Shown here one piece after another: positions 9,874 through 20,911 of a stretch of 64,000 nucleotides of DNA. Positions within the stretch are counted from its first letter, which is position 1. Each line of letters begins with the position of its first letter. Location of the stretch: IMG/VR virus record IMGVR_UViG_2617270876_000003, positions 130,209-194,208 of that record; one strand, 5' to 3'. Position numbers and translations under genes: made by a program. The notes under the pieces are model-generated. The model saw nothing but the letters and a program-made list of their open reading frames with translations. It made no database searches and was not told the DNA's origin. This stretch comes from a virus (lineage: Duplodnaviria > Caudoviricetes).

Positions 9874-10194
9874 ATGAATAAAACAGATCTTACAAATGAA
9901 GTTGTAACAAAAACAGGACTACAAAAGAAGGATGCTGAAGCAGCAGTAAATGCAGTATTTGAAACTATTGCTGGCGCTCTTGCTGAAGGCGATAAAGTTG
10001 CAATTTTTGGATTTGGAACCTTCGAAACTCGTGAACGTGCTGCTCGACCAGGTATCAACCCAAAACTTCTAGCACAACTAAAAGAGCAAGGTGTAGATGC
10101 TGAAACTGCAAAAGAACAAGCAACTATTCAAATCGATGCATCTAAGGCTCCTGCTTTCAAGCCAGCAAAAGCGCTGAAGAATGCAATTAAATAA
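9874..10194 (+). CDS. hup: HU family DNA-binding protein (YonN-like) with arm insertion
   Basis: MNKTDL..., [35 protein letters not shown]. Confidence 0.95.
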   Translation: MNKTDLTNEVVTKTGLQKKDAEAAVNAVFETIAGALAEGDKVAIFGFGTFETRERAARPGINPKLLAQLKEQGVDAETAKEQATIQIDASKAPAFKPAKALKNAIK

Positions 10195-10320
10195 TCTAAT
10201 CAAACAATAATTTTATCGTAAATATACATATACCGAAACTCTATTAGCTTTAGCTAATCTGATGCCTGCATTACCGAGGGGATTACACTCCCCTCCCCAA
10301 CTCTACCTTGAAAGGTACAT

Positions 10321-10974
10321 ATGCCTATGCCATTACCGAAAGATAATTTATTATTTGGTTTTGCATCAAAATTGACTGACGAACAAAAGAAATATGTTGA
10401 TTCTATCTTTGACAATCTCCTTACAATAGTTAATGCGAAAAGTGGTACAGGCAAGACAACACTGGCCGTTGCTTGTTCATATCTCTTGAAGAAGCCATTA
10501 ATTTATATCTTTTCTCCAGTGATGGAAGGTTCTATGGGATTTCGACCGGGAACACAGGAAGAAAAGGAAATAGAATATATAACACCACTTAAAGATGCTT
10601 TGCTAAAGATTAATATGGACCCGAATAGAGCAATCTTTAGTGAGCTTAATCAGGATAACCGAAACAAAGAAGCGTGGGTGTTTCCGCGCTCTCATATCTT
10701 TGCAAGGGGAACAAATATTGAGGATTGTACAGTGATCATAGACGAGTGTCAGAATTTTACAAAATCCGAGATTCGCAAAATATTAACACGCATTCATGAC
10801 AATTGTACTGTAATTATGATTGGACATACTGGACAAATCGATCTTAAAAACCACAATGACAGTGGGTTTGCACCATACATAGAACATTTTAGAGATAAAG
10901 ATTATGCAGAGGTTTGTGAGTTAACTCATAATTTTAGAGGCAAATTGGCAAATGATGCAGATGAATTGATTTAA
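10321..10974 (+). CDS. phoH: PhoH family ATPase
   Basis: AKSGTGKT, GFRPGT.EEK, RGTN, IIDECQN, GHTGQID. Confidence 0.9.
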   Translation: MPMPLPKDNLLFGFASKLTDEQKKYVDSIFDNLLTIVNAKSGTGKTTLAVACSYLLKKPLIYIFSPVMEGSMGFRPGTQEEKEIEYITPLKDALLKINMDPNRAIFSELNQDNRNKEAWVFPRSHIFARGTNIEDCTVIIDECQNFTKSEIRKILTRIHDNCTVIMIGHTGQIDLKNHNDSGFAPYIEHFRDKDYAEVCELTHNFRGKLANDADELI

Positions 10975-11002
10975 CATATTATTAAAAGGAGCAAAAATAC
11001 AT

Positions 11003-11185
11003 ATGGCAAAACGGAATAATTCCATTCAATTTAAGGGACTACTTAATACCGAAGCAATGGAGATTCTTGAAGAGGATAAAAACGGTTCGGCAACATATGA
11101 TCTTCTTGAAGAGTTGAAGTTCTATGATGGAAAAAATGTAACAATCTCTATTAAAGAGGATCTGCCAGTCCTTCCGAAGGAGTGA
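11003..11185 (+). CDS. yonK: YonK family protein
   Basis: 60 aa, MAK...S..FKG.L...I.E..K....YDL..L..YDGK.V.ISIKE. Synteny with SPbeta. Confidence 0.75.
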   Translation: MAKRNNSIQFKGLLNTEAMEILEEDKNGSATYDLLEELKFYDGKNVTISIKEDLPVLPKE

Positions 11186-11189
11186 TTGA

Positions 11190-12410
11190 ATGAATCATTC
11201 CAATATAGAATTACAACGTAAATCATCCGAATCATTGGATGATTTTTTAATTCGCCTGGGAGATAATCTCGATGTTTATGATTTAACTTGGACTGAAGCT
11301 GCCGACATTCTAAATAAAGAATCCGATGAGGAGTATTCTGAATCACGTTGGCGCAAACGTTACAAAACTTATGTGGAGTTCAAACCAATCATTCTAGCCA
11401 AATACGCGAATAACGAAGTTGTTCAGGAAATTCAAGACTCAACATTGGAACAACGAAAAGAGCGTTATAAACTCCAGGCTGAAAAAGTTGAATACAACAA
11501 ACTTCTACGTGAACATGCTAGAGCAGATTTGCTTGAAGAAAAAATTGTTGAAGCCGTTGAGAAACGTCCAACAATTACTGTTCCACAAATACATATTAAG
11601 AAGAATAACTCAAAACGAAATTTCCTCCTCCCCATCACAGATATCCACGATGGCGTTCAGTTCTGTTTACGTGGTTGGGAAAATGAGATTCTTAATGAAT
11701 ACTCTCCCGAAATTATGGAAAAACGCATGTGGAAGTTGTTTGAGGCGTTTGTTTCTATCAATGACGAACTTAAAATCAACCACGTTACTTTACCAAATCT
11801 AGGCGATAGTGTTGATGGAATCCTCCGTATGAGCCAACTCATGGGATTGAAACTTGGTGTTGTTGATTCTTCTATCCACTTTGCTGAATTTATGAGTCAA
11901 TGGCTTAATGAATTGTCTAAATATTGCGTAGTTGATTATTACTCAATTTTCGGTAACCACGACCAACTTCGTCTACTCACTGGTAAACGCGATGAATTCC
12001 CAAATGAGAATGCTCAACGTTGGATCACTAAGTTAATCGAAGCCAACCTTCGTAATAACAAGAATGTGACAGTGAATAACTGTAATGAGTTTATGTATCT
12101 AGACATTCTAGGGACGAAAGTTCTTGGGGTTCATGGCGAAAACGAACGTAATCTTGAGCAAAGTATTAAGGATTACTCAATGATTTATGGTAAGAGAGTC
12201 GATCTGCTTATTTCGGGACATTATCATCATGCACATGAAAAAACTATTGGAATGTCTCAAGGAAAAGACATAGAACATGTACAACTACCCTCTATTATTG
12301 GTATCGATGATTATTCTCTAAAGATTAAGAAAACTGCCAATCCAGGATCTAAAGTTATGGTCATGGAAGAAGGAAAAGGTAGAACAATTACATATAACAT
12401 TAAACTATAA
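11190..12410 (+). CDS. YonJ-like calcineurin-type metallophosphoesterase
   Basis: DIH, LGDSVDG, GNHD, HG and GHYH motifs. Confidence 0.85.
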   Translation: MNHSNIELQRKSSESLDDFLIRLGDNLDVYDLTWTEAADILNKESDEEYSESRWRKRYKTYVEFKPIILAKYANNEVVQEIQDSTLEQRKERYKLQAEKVEYNKLLREHARADLLEEKIVEAVEKRPTITVPQIHIKKNNSKRNFLLPITDIHDGVQFCLRGWENEILNEYSPEIMEKRMWKLFEAFVSINDELKINHVTLPNLGDSVDGILRMSQLMGLKLGVVDSSIHFAEFMSQWLNELSKYCVVDYYSIFGNHDQLRLLTGKRDEFPNENAQRWITKLIEANLRNNKNVTVNNCNEFMYLDILGTKVLGVHGENERNLEQSIKDYSMIYGKRVDLLISGHYHHAHEKTIGMSQGKDIEHVQLPSIIGIDDYSLKIKKTANPGSKVMVMEEGKGRTITYNIKL

Positions 12411-12471
12411 ATAATGTTTCGGTAAGCACACTACAGAGTGGGCCACTGCCTCATTTAAGGAGGCGTTACAA

Positions 12472-12813
12472 CTGACATTTGAAGAATATTTAGAAGGCGA
12501 GCCAGAAGAGGAACGAGACATTCCCTCCTCTTTTCTTTCTGATGAAGATATTGCATCAGAGACAAATGTTGTTATCATTCCTAACCTAAAAATTGATTTA
12601 GAGTTACAACTCGACAACTATATTTCAATCATAGAAAAAATTAAAACAAAAAATGAACTCAAAGATATATTGAAAAAACTTTGGGAACATGCTTATACAC
12701 ATGGTTCAATAATGGAGCGTATTGATAGACTTCAAAGTGAAGTCGAAATGTTGCGATATGATTTAGGAGATATAGACTTTGAAATTGAATTTGTTGACGG
12801 TGAAGAAGATTAA
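12472..12813 (+). CDS. Acidic hypothetical protein (113 aa) with CTG start, absent from the ORF track
   Basis: AAGGAGG at 12457-12463, CTG 8 nt later, open frame (M)TFEEYLEGEPEEERD...EFVDGEED ending TAA at 12811-12813. Confidence 0.7.
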   Translation: MTFEEYLEGEPEEERDIPSSFLSDEDIASETNVVIIPNLKIDLELQLDNYISIIEKIKTKNELKDILKKLWEHAYTHGSIMERIDRLQSEVEMLRYDLGDIDFEIEFVDGEED

Positions 12814-13002
12814 GAAAATAAAAAGAACTTCTAAGGTGACTATTTATTCTAATCGCCTTTTTTCTTGTTTTTATTTTCATGGGGAGACTCTGCTGCAAGG
12901 GTCTTTAAACAGGTTACGACTCCCTCCTACCCCATGTATTTATTATCAAATAGGAGTTTTATCAAGAATTCAGGAAATGTTCTTCTATAAGAAGGTGAAA
13001 TA

Positions 13003-13920
13003 TTGGCTGTAAAAAAACAGGTAAATAAAACAGAAGACAACAAAATAAAGTGCCTAAATTGTGGAAAGTATAAAGCAGTAATATCATTTTATATGAATAC
13101 CAACCATTTATTTTCTTCAGATAAATTTGAAGTATGTAAAGACTGCCTAAAGAATTCTATAGGCGCAAAGGATTCAGATGGTTATTTAGATCGAGTAATG
13201 CAAGTGTTGGCAACTATGGATAAACCTTTTCTTCAAAATATATGGGAATCAAGCAATGAGGATTGGTCTAAATATATTATCCAAATATCATCACTATCTC
13301 AACACAAAGGCAAAAAATTCTCAGATAGCATTATAAGACAATCGAATTCCATTAGTTATGAATACCTTGACCAGATCAACGAAGAATTTGAACTCACTCA
13401 AGAAGAAATTTCTCAGTTACAGTTGAAGTGGGGAAAAAAAGGATTTGATGTTGAGGACTACATATTTTTAGAAAATGAATATCATACATGGATTAATTCT
13501 TATGAATGTGATTCATATGCTATGGAAATGCTATTTCAGGAAATTTCTCACAAACGTTTAGAAATTAAAAAACTTAGAGAATCTGGAAAGTCTACAGACA
13601 AAGAAATGAAAACACTTCAAGACTTATTGGGATCATCAAATATCAAGCCTGTTCAGGAGACAGGTGCAAATGCAACAGAACAAGCTACATTTGGGACATT
13701 AATAAAAAAGTATGAAAATGAACGTCCAATTCCTGAACCTGATCCAGTATGGAAAGATGTAGATGGAATTAAAAAATACATACAGGTATGGTTTTTTGGT
13801 CATTTATGTAAAATGCTTGGGATTAACAATGACTACTCTCAAATGTATGAAGATGAGTTAAAGAAATACACTGTTGATACACCAGATTTCACCTCAGAAA
13901 ATGAAGATGGTTCATTATGA
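13003..13920 (+). CDS. YonG-like protein (probable terminase small subunit), N-terminal Zn finger
   Basis: CLNC...CKDC and [17 protein letters not shown]. Overlaps the large terminase start (ATGA). Confidence 0.65.
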   Translation: MAVKKQVNKTEDNKIKCLNCGKYKAVISFYMNTNHLFSSDKFEVCKDCLKNSIGAKDSDGYLDRVMQVLATMDKPFLQNIWESSNEDWSKYIIQISSLSQHKGKKFSDSIIRQSNSISYEYLDQINEEFELTQEEISQLQLKWGKKGFDVEDYIFLENEYHTWINSYECDSYAMEMLFQEISHKRLEIKKLRESGKSTDKEMKTLQDLLGSSNIKPVQETGANATEQATFGTLIKKYENERPIPEPDPVWKDVDGIKKYIQVWFFGHLCKMLGINNDYSQMYEDELKKYTVDTPDFTSENEDGSL

Positions 13921-15689
13921 GTGGGTATAAAAACTTTCAAGTGTCTCGAAATAAAGCTCACAAAGGTAACAATATCTTTAATAAAAGCAGAAATTTTAAT
14001 AAAGGCCCAGATAAAAGTCAAAAATTAATGACTGGGATTGGAATATGGACAAGTTTTTATCGTTCAAACCCCCATCGCTTTGCAAAAGAGTATTTAGGTA
14101 TTAGTCTTAAGTTATTTCAAGTAATTCTGATTTTTATGATGAATTACTCCAACTATTTTATGTATCTCGCCAGCCGCGGCCAAGGAAAAACGTTTTTAAC
14201 TTCCATTTATTGTGTAATTCGTTGCATTTTATGGCCCGAAACTAAAATAGTTGTTGCATCAGGAAATATGAAGCAAGCTAGAGAAGTTATAGAGAAGATT
14301 GATGATTTAAAGAAAAATTCACCTAACCTATCAAGAGAAATAAGTGATTTGTCAACATCTTCTAATGACCCCAAGGTTGAATTTCATAATGGTAGTTGGA
14401 TTAAGGTTGTTGCCTCTAACGACGGGGCGAGAAGTAAAAGAGCCAACTGTATTATCGTTGATGAGTTTCGAATGGTTGATCTAAACATTATTAATAAGGT
14501 ACTCCGAAAGTTTCTAACCGCTCCACGCCAACCAAAATATTTAAATATCCCCGAATATGCTCATCTACAAGAAAGAAATAAAGAAATATATCTCTCCTCT
14601 GCGTGGTATCAATTTCATTGGTCTTGGACAAAACTTAAAGCTTTCGTAAAAGCAATGACAATTGGAAAAAACTATTTCATATGTGGCCTACCCTATCAAT
14701 TAGCAATTAAGGAAAGTCTGCTAATGAAGGATCAGGTGCTAGATGAGATGTCAGAGGATGACTTCGATGAAGTGGGATTTTATATGGAGATGGGATGTTT
14801 ATTCTTTGGTGAATCAGAAAAAGCATTCTATAAATTCGAAGATCTTGAAAAAAACAGAAGATTAGTTCAAGCTGTATACCCCAAGCCATACTATGGATTA
14901 ATTAAAGACGCTTCATTTAAATATACTCCAAAAAAAGAAGGAGAAATTCGACTTCTATGTTGTGATATTGCAACAATGGAAGGTAAGGAAAACGATGCGT
15001 CTGCATATACAATGATCAGATTAATACCAAATTCAAAAGGTTTAGATCGCTATATCTCATATATGGAAAGTATGACTGGAGGACATACTGTTACTCAGGC
15101 TGTTAGAATAAGACAGTTATTCGATGATCTAGATTGCGACTATTTGGTTCTGGATACTCAAAGTGCTGGTATGGGTATTTTTGATAATTTAGTGATACCT
15201 CTATCTGATAGAGAAAGAGGTATTGAATACGAGCCTTGGACCTGTATTAACGACGATAGAATGGCAGAAAGATGTACTTATTCATCTGCTCCAAAGATAA
15301 TATACAGTGTTAAGGCTGGTCAGCAGTTAAATAGCGAAGCGGCAATTGGACTAAGAGATAATTTAAAACGAGGAAAGGTTCGTTTATTAATTAACGACAA
15401 AGAAGCGCGAGATCATTTAAAAAGCCTTAAGGGCTACAGTTCTTTACCGATAGAAACGCAAGCGAGATTTGAAAACACGTTTATTCAAACAACTCTCTTA
15501 GTCAATGAGATGATTAACCTTGAAGGCGATAGGAATGATAATGGTACAGTAAAATTGAAGGAGCCTTCAGGTAAACGTAAGGATAGATATAGTTCTGTGT
15601 CATATGGAAACTATATTGCTTCACTTATTGAGCGCAAACTACAGTCAGTTGATGACTACGATGACGAAGATGAACTTGTATACTATTAA
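13917..15689 (+). CDS. terL: Terminase large subunit (YonF-like)
   Basis: Walker A ASRGQGKT, Walker B IIVDEF, nuclease motifs CCDIA...ND and KDRYSS. Confidence 0.92.
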   Translation: MSGYKNFQVSRNKAHKGNNIFNKSRNFNKGPDKSQKLMTGIGIWTSFYRSNPHRFAKEYLGISLKLFQVILIFMMNYSNYFMYLASRGQGKTFLTSIYCVIRCILWPETKIVVASGNMKQAREVIEKIDDLKKNSPNLSREISDLSTSSNDPKVEFHNGSWIKVVASNDGARSKRANCIIVDEFRMVDLNIINKVLRKFLTAPRQPKYLNIPEYAHLQERNKEIYLSSAWYQFHWSWTKLKAFVKAMTIGKNYFICGLPYQLAIKESLLMKDQVLDEMSEDDFDEVGFYMEMGCLFFGESEKAFYKFEDLEKNRRLVQAVYPKPYYGLIKDASFKYTPKKEGEIRLLCCDIATMEGKENDASAYTMIRLIPNSKGLDRYISYMESMTGGHTVTQAVRIRQLFDDLDCDYLVLDTQSAGMGIFDNLVIPLSDRERGIEYEPWTCINDDRMAERCTYSSAPKIIYSVKAGQQLNSEAAIGLRDNLKRGKVRLLINDKEARDHLKSLKGYSSLPIETQARFENTFIQTTLLVNEMINLEGDRNDNGTVKLKEPSGKRKDRYSSVSYGNYIASLIERKLQSVDDYDDEDELVYY

Positions 15690-15730
15690 TATAAATATTT
15701 TTGTTATAAATAATAACAATAAGTCTGGAG

Positions 15731-17281
15731 GTGATTTTATTTTTGGCAAATAACCAAATTAATACTAATACAAACGACCCAACTCTTGAACGAGAATTTA
15801 ATACATATGAAGAATACCTATCTACTTTTGTTGAAGGTTTTATGTCTCAAATTTTCTCAAGTGGAATCATAGACGAAATTGACATCAAGAAACTTCAATC
15901 ATACTTTGCAAATCCAGATAAGTATCAAAATGAGTTAGAAAAAATAGCTCAATACTTTTATATTGCTAGTGCTGAAGTGTTTCAATTGTTTGAATTAGTA
16001 AAAATACTTCCTACACTCAACCACAAGATTAATGTTTTTGATAAAAATAAAAATTATGAAAAGAATCTTTCAATTTGTAATAAATTTTTATATAAAATCA
16101 AACATAAAACTTTGACTAGAGATATTTTAATGCAAGAGATTACTGCGGGAACTCTAGTTGGTATGTGGTTGGGTGAAAAGAAAAGGTTCCACCCATATAT
16201 TTTTGATGATTTAAAATACATCTTCCCCGCCTATCGTAAAAACGGTGATTGGATAGCAGTAATAGATTTGGAATGGTTCACATCTATGAAGGAAGATGAA
16301 AGAAAAATCCAATTTGAAAATTTAAAGCCATATGTAACTGAGGCAATGTATGAAAATTTCTTAACAGACAAAAGTAATACTGATCTAAAGTATATTGAAT
16401 TGCCTCAAGAAAGAACATTTATTTTAAGAACTCATACAACTAAAAGAAATCAGCGTCTTGGTATTAACTGGTCTACAACTGGACTATTTGATTTGATTCA
16501 TAAATCAAAACTTAAAAATATGGAAAAGTCGGTTGCTAATAAAATTATCAATGCTATTGCTGTTCTTACAATAGGGAGTTCAGATAATAATGGTGAAAAT
16601 TCAAACTTAAAGCTCAAGCCAACAATTAAGAAAAAGATACATAACGGAGTTAAGGCGGCTCTTGAAAAAAATCAATCCAGTGGAGTAACGGTTGTATCTG
16701 TTCCTGACTATGCCAGTATTGATTTTCCAGATATGAAATCGGAGGCACTAGATCCTAAAAAGTTTGAATCTGTAAATAATGACATTCAGTCTTCTTATGG
16801 TCTATCGTCTGCTGTTTTGAATGGTGCCGGAGGAAACTTTGCTTCTGCAAAATTAAATCTAGAAACTATGTATAAACGAATCGCAGTATTACTTGAAGAT
16901 ATTGAACAAGAGGTTTATGGAAAACTATTTAATTTAATCTTGTCAAGTGCCGATTCAGATAATTACGTCATGGAATATGATAAGCAAATGCCTATATCTG
17001 GAGATAAAAGACTTGATGCTCTCTTTAAATTGCATTCAGAAGGTTTCGCTGTTAAGCATATTGTTGATTCTTTGGATGGTATTCAATTCGATGATTTCAT
17101 CAACCAAAGTTTATACGAATCTGAAGTCATGAAATTAATAGAAAAGATTAAGCCATATCAAACAAGTTATACAACTAATAGTAATACAAATGGAAGAGAT
17201 GCAATTGATGACTCTAGTCTAGAAAATGAAAACACCATAAAATCTAGAACGACTGACGCGAATAATACCCCAGAGTCCTAG
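15731..17281 (+). CDS. Portal protein (YonE-like)
   Basis: About 510 aa, directly after terL, helical, LNGAGGNFASAKLN motif. Confidence 0.75.
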   Translation: MILFLANNQINTNTNDPTLEREFNTYEEYLSTFVEGFMSQIFSSGIIDEIDIKKLQSYFANPDKYQNELEKIAQYFYIASAEVFQLFELVKILPTLNHKINVFDKNKNYEKNLSICNKFLYKIKHKTLTRDILMQEITAGTLVGMWLGEKKRFHPYIFDDLKYIFPAYRKNGDWIAVIDLEWFTSMKEDERKIQFENLKPYVTEAMYENFLTDKSNTDLKYIELPQERTFILRTHTTKRNQRLGINWSTTGLFDLIHKSKLKNMEKSVANKIINAIAVLTIGSSDNNGENSNLKLKPTIKKKIHNGVKAALEKNQSSGVTVVSVPDYASIDFPDMKSEALDPKKFESVNNDIQSSYGLSSAVLNGAGGNFASAKLNLETMYKRIAVLLEDIEQEVYGKLFNLILSSADSDNYVMEYDKQMPISGDKRLDALFKLHSEGFAVKHIVDSLDGIQFDDFINQSLYESEVMKLIEKIKPYQTSYTTNSNTNGRDAIDDSSLENENTIKSRTTDANNTPES

Positions 17282-17295
17282 AAAGGAGGTGAAAA

Positions 17296-18765
17296 ATGAA
17301 CAAAAAACAAGAATTAAATCTTAAACTCAATTCATTTGTAAAGACAGATGACCCCACATTACTAAAAGCAACTTATATTATTCTAGATTTTGATAAATCA
17401 TGGAATAACTCCGTTGTTAGTAAAGAAGTTGCACTAGAATTAGGGGAAACAATTATCAACAAACCTCTTGTTGCTAGATACATTCCCGTTGAAGAACCAA
17501 ACACTAACACGGACAACTTTACTGGACACGAGGCAAAAATAAGCACAAACAAGTATGGTGATAAAACAGTCATCACTGATACTGTTCCGATTGGAGTTTT
17601 TACTACAAAAGGATATCTTCTTACCGTTGAAGAAAATGGTGAAGATAAAGAAGTGTTGGCTGCTGATGCTGTACTGTGGCGCTCTCGTTTCAGCGATGCA
17701 TGTGATTTGCTTTTAGAGTGGTATAACAGAGGGATAAATATAAATACAAGTTGTGAATTCTTATATTCTAATTTCTCCGTTCAAGATGGTGTTGAATATA
17801 TTAATTCTCCCGTTTATTTTGAGGGGCATTGTCATCTTGCTGCCGAAGAACGTGGTGAACAAGGTGTTGTACTCCCTGCTTACGATTCTTCTAAATTGTT
17901 GAGTTTTAATGAGTTTAATATGTTTAATAAACTGATTGCAGAATCACTTTTGCAATCTAAAAATAATATTGATGAACTAGAAGGTGAAAAGGTGTTATTT
18001 AAAAAAGTATTCGAATTGTCGCATAGCGATATTAGAAGTAAGATTTATCAAGTTCTTGACCCCACTCTTCCAGATGGCACTTATTCATATATCATTGACA
18101 CCTATGACAATCATTTTGTTGTAGAACTAGATGATGCAGATGGATACAAATACTATGATTTTGCCTATTCTAAAACCGAAGATGATCAAGTTGTAATTGA
18201 TTTTGATTCTAAAGCGGAAGTAGTGGAAAAACGCGAATGGGTAAAACTGGATACAACTGTTGCCCTACAAACTCAACTGAATGAGTCTAAAAATACTATT
18301 AAAGATTTAGAAATTAAACTTTCGGAAGCTAATGGTTCAATTAAGGCTCTTACAACCGAGAAAACATCTTTGAATGAAGCTAATACTTCTTTTAGTAATG
18401 AGATTACCACTCTCCGTGCTGAGGTTGAAACTTTAAAACCATATAAAGAAAATTATGAAGCAGAAGAACTAAATAAATCAATTAATGAAATGTCTAGTTT
18501 TTACTCTGCAAAATTCAGTGCTGTGTCTGCTATTGAAAAATTTGAGTCTGAAGAAGTTCAGAATCTTATTAAGAATTCTGTTTATGATAGCGAAGTTGGC
18601 ACAGAAGCAAAATTCAAGCTCAATAATATGCTTGTAGAATTAATGCAAGTAGAAACTGAAACACCAAAACCATCTGTTGCGACTCCTGTACCAATCAGAG
18701 AGTTTTCAAGTCGTATGGAAAATCTGATTCCTGCGTCGAATGATTTTGATAGTAAATATAAATAA
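17296..18765 (+). CDS. Prohead protease/scaffold fusion (YonD-like)
   Basis: N-terminal HK97-protease-like GHE...SCE and C-terminal coiled coil. Synteny. Confidence 0.65.
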   Translation: MNKKQELNLKLNSFVKTDDPTLLKATYIILDFDKSWNNSVVSKEVALELGETIINKPLVARYIPVEEPNTNTDNFTGHEAKISTNKYGDKTVITDTVPIGVFTTKGYLLTVEENGEDKEVLAADAVLWRSRFSDACDLLLEWYNRGININTSCEFLYSNFSVQDGVEYINSPVYFEGHCHLAAEERGEQGVVLPAYDSSKLLSFNEFNMFNKLIAESLLQSKNNIDELEGEKVLFKKVFELSHSDIRSKIYQVLDPTLPDGTYSYIIDTYDNHFVVELDDADGYKYYDFAYSKTEDDQVVIDFDSKAEVVEKREWVKLDTTVALQTQLNESKNTIKDLEIKLSEANGSIKALTTEKTSLNEANTSFSNEITTLRAEVETLKPYKENYEAEELNKSINEMSSFYSAKFSAVSAIEKFESEEVQNLIKNSVYDSEVGTEAKFKLNNMLVELMQVETETPKPSVATPVPIREFSSRMENLIPASNDFDSKYK

Positions 18766-18783
18766 TTTGGAGGTATTTTATAA

Positions 18784-19311
18784 ATGGCAACTCAACGTTT
18801 TAATGCATTAACCCAACAAGGAACTCATCATGTAGGAACTCTTTCCAGTTGGAAAGTCAAAGATATCGCTAATGGTGCGATTGTTACTTCAACCCCAGTA
18901 GACAACTATACTATCGTAGAGCTAGATTTTGATGTTGACGGTAATCGGACATGTAAACAACTTTCTGCCGTAACTAAAAAGCAGTATCTCATTGCTGCTG
19001 TAGAGCGCCGTTATCTAGGTGAGTCTCTTTCTGAGTTCTATAATGCCGTAGGAGAACCTGCGCGAATTGTTGTTCTTGAGCAAGGGCTTAGATTTGAAAC
19101 TTCTGCCTTTACGCTGAATACTGGAGTGACTGATGTGGTCAAAGGGCTTGTTGCTCACTTTGATCCAGCTAGTAAAACATATATCTTGTCTACTGTTGGT
19201 GCCCCTCACGCTGATTATGCAAATGCATCTACAAAATTTATTGTTGCGGCTGACGATGAGGATACGGCCCTCAACCTGGGAAAAGAAACTATTAGACTGG
19301 AAGTACAATAA
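18784..19311 (+). CDS. Head decoration/cement protein (YonC-like)
   Basis: Beta-rich, between scaffold and capsid genes. Confidence 0.55.
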   Translation: MATQRFNALTQQGTHHVGTLSSWKVKDIANGAIVTSTPVDNYTIVELDFDVDGNRTCKQLSAVTKKQYLIAAVERRYLGESLSEFYNAVGEPARIVVLEQGLRFETSAFTLNTGVTDVVKGLVAHFDPASKTYILSTVGAPHADYANASTKFIVAADDEDTALNLGKETIRLEVQ

Positions 19312-19343
19312 TTAAGTACATATCATTAGGAGGAAAATAATAA

Positions 19344-20360
19344 ATGCTATACGACGATCAAAAAATTAAAGGGCTTTTTAGCCGAGTACTTGATACAAAA
19401 AATACATCTAACGATGACGCAGAAGATATCAAAGCCTACTGTTCTAAAGTTTTTGGTGATGGTTCTAAAACACCCGACCCTTCTATGCTACATCAATTTA
19501 ACAATCTGATTGTTGAAGAAGCCGATAAAATTGTTAAACCAAAAGCAACAAAAGTGCTCGATCTGTTGGCTGCGTTTGTCCCTCGCAATCGTGGAGATAT
19601 TTATCAGTACAATATTTCGAAAGAACATAAAGCAAAAGTTGTTTGGGCCGCACTTGGAACTGGAGTAGACCTTATTCGCGTTGACGGTAAGAAGTCCAAA
19701 GTGGCTACACCAGCAAGCTTCCAAACTGGTTTTTCTTATGAGCCACTTGACTTGGTAAATGACTCCATTGAAAACTTCCGTAAGTTGGTTGACGATGTTG
19801 GAGAAGCAAAGATTCGTCTATACATGCAGCAAGTTAGCAAACTCATGCAAGCAGCTATTTCTGCTGGAGATATTCCTGCCGCCAATGTGAAGACTGGTTC
19901 AAACCTTGGGCTTGCAGATTACAACAAAGTAGCTTCTACTCTACAAAGATATGGTGGTCGTCCGGTATTTGTGGCCGATACTCTTCTTATCGATTATTTT
20001 GCTCAACAAGCTACGGGTGCAGGATATAAAGATCTTCTCACTGACGATCTTCGTACAGAACTGCGCACCGCTCTCAATCCGACATCCATCGGTCGAACCA
20101 CTGCTGTTAATCTTGTTAATCCTTTCACGGACGAAACAAACAGCAAAGTTGAAATTCCTGTTAATGAAGGGTATATGATGGCTGGAGCAGTTAATCAGAA
20201 GCCATTCATTATTGTTGAATATGGTGGTATGAGACAATACACCGAGCAAGATCCTAGTGACGAAAGAATTAAACTAAAAATCACTCAAGAGGCAGCCATC
20301 GAATTGCTCTATGGCGAAGCTATTGGTTACATCAAAGAAGATGCGGCAGTAAATCTATAG
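19344..20360 (+). CDS. Major capsid protein (YonB-like)
   Basis: 338 aa, strong AGGAGG RBS, codon usage suggesting high expression, followed by a stable hairpin. Synteny. Confidence 0.75.
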   Translation: MLYDDQKIKGLFSRVLDTKNTSNDDAEDIKAYCSKVFGDGSKTPDPSMLHQFNNLIVEEADKIVKPKATKVLDLLAAFVPRNRGDIYQYNISKEHKAKVVWAALGTGVDLIRVDGKKSKVATPASFQTGFSYEPLDLVNDSIENFRKLVDDVGEAKIRLYMQQVSKLMQAAISAGDIPAANVKTGSNLGLADYNKVASTLQRYGGRPVFVADTLLIDYFAQQATGAGYKDLLTDDLRTELRTALNPTSIGRTTAVNLVNPFTDETNSKVEIPVNEGYMMAGAVNQKPFIIVEYGGMRQYTEQDPSDERIKLKITQEAAIELLYGEAIGYIKEDAAVNL

Positions 20361-20373
20361 TTTAAAATTAACT

Positions 20374-20406
20374 TAGGTAGGAGATAAAATAACTATCTCC
20401 TACCTA
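20374..20406 (+). terminator. Stem-loop after the capsid gene (terminator or mRNA stabiliser)
   Basis: TAGGTAGGAGATA / TATCTCCTACCTA perfect 13-bp stem with no U-tract. Confidence 0.55.
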
Positions 20407-20429
20407 TCAAACTAATAAGGGGAGTCAGT

Positions 20430-20897
20430 ATGGAAAAAATTATTAAAGTGGCGAGATATAGAAATACTCCATATGTCTTTAATTTTATTGGCAATGGCGG
20501 AACCAAAAGATATGAGTGGTCGGGTAGTAAGGGGAATAAATTTGATACAAAACAATTGCCCGAGGAAGCAGTTGATTGGCTTATGATGAATAGCGAATGT
20601 TTTAGAAAAGGCGAGCTTGTTATTATCGAAGATAGTGAAGAATCCAAGGAAATTATCGAAAATTTGGGTGGAGATTTAGATGAATATAAAAGTAATATCC
20701 ACACAAAAGAAGAAATCTTAAAGATTCTTCAAGGTAATTATATGAAGATGCAAAAAGAACTTTTTGAAATTACGGTAGCCTCTGAGAAGAAATTTGTTAT
20801 TGATATTGCCAAAGAAATTGGAGATGACCTATCTGGCGGTAAACTAAAATTTTTAGCTGAATGGATGGATATCCCGCAAGACGTTTTGTTCGGTTAA
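20430..20897 (+). CDS. YonA-like virion morphogenesis protein
   Basis: Synteny, GGGGAG RBS. Confidence 0.55.
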   Translation: MEKIIKVARYRNTPYVFNFIGNGGTKRYEWSGSKGNKFDTKQLPEEAVDWLMMNSECFRKGELVIIEDSEESKEIIENLGGDLDEYKSNIHTKEEILKILQGNYMKMQKELFEITVASEKKFVIDIAKEIGDDLSGGKLKFLAEWMDIPQDVLFG

Positions 20898-20911
20898 TTG
20901 TAGGTGATTAA

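Noticed and set aside
12878-12936. tRNA gene
   Set aside because: Only 59 nt, with no D arm or canonical T-loop. Kept only as a possible structured element.
12405-13012. Track ORFs 12405..12617 (-), 12659..12898 (-) and 12779..13012 (+)
   Set aside because: They are better explained by the CTG-start gene at 12472..12813 and intergenic sequence, and they lack an RBS.
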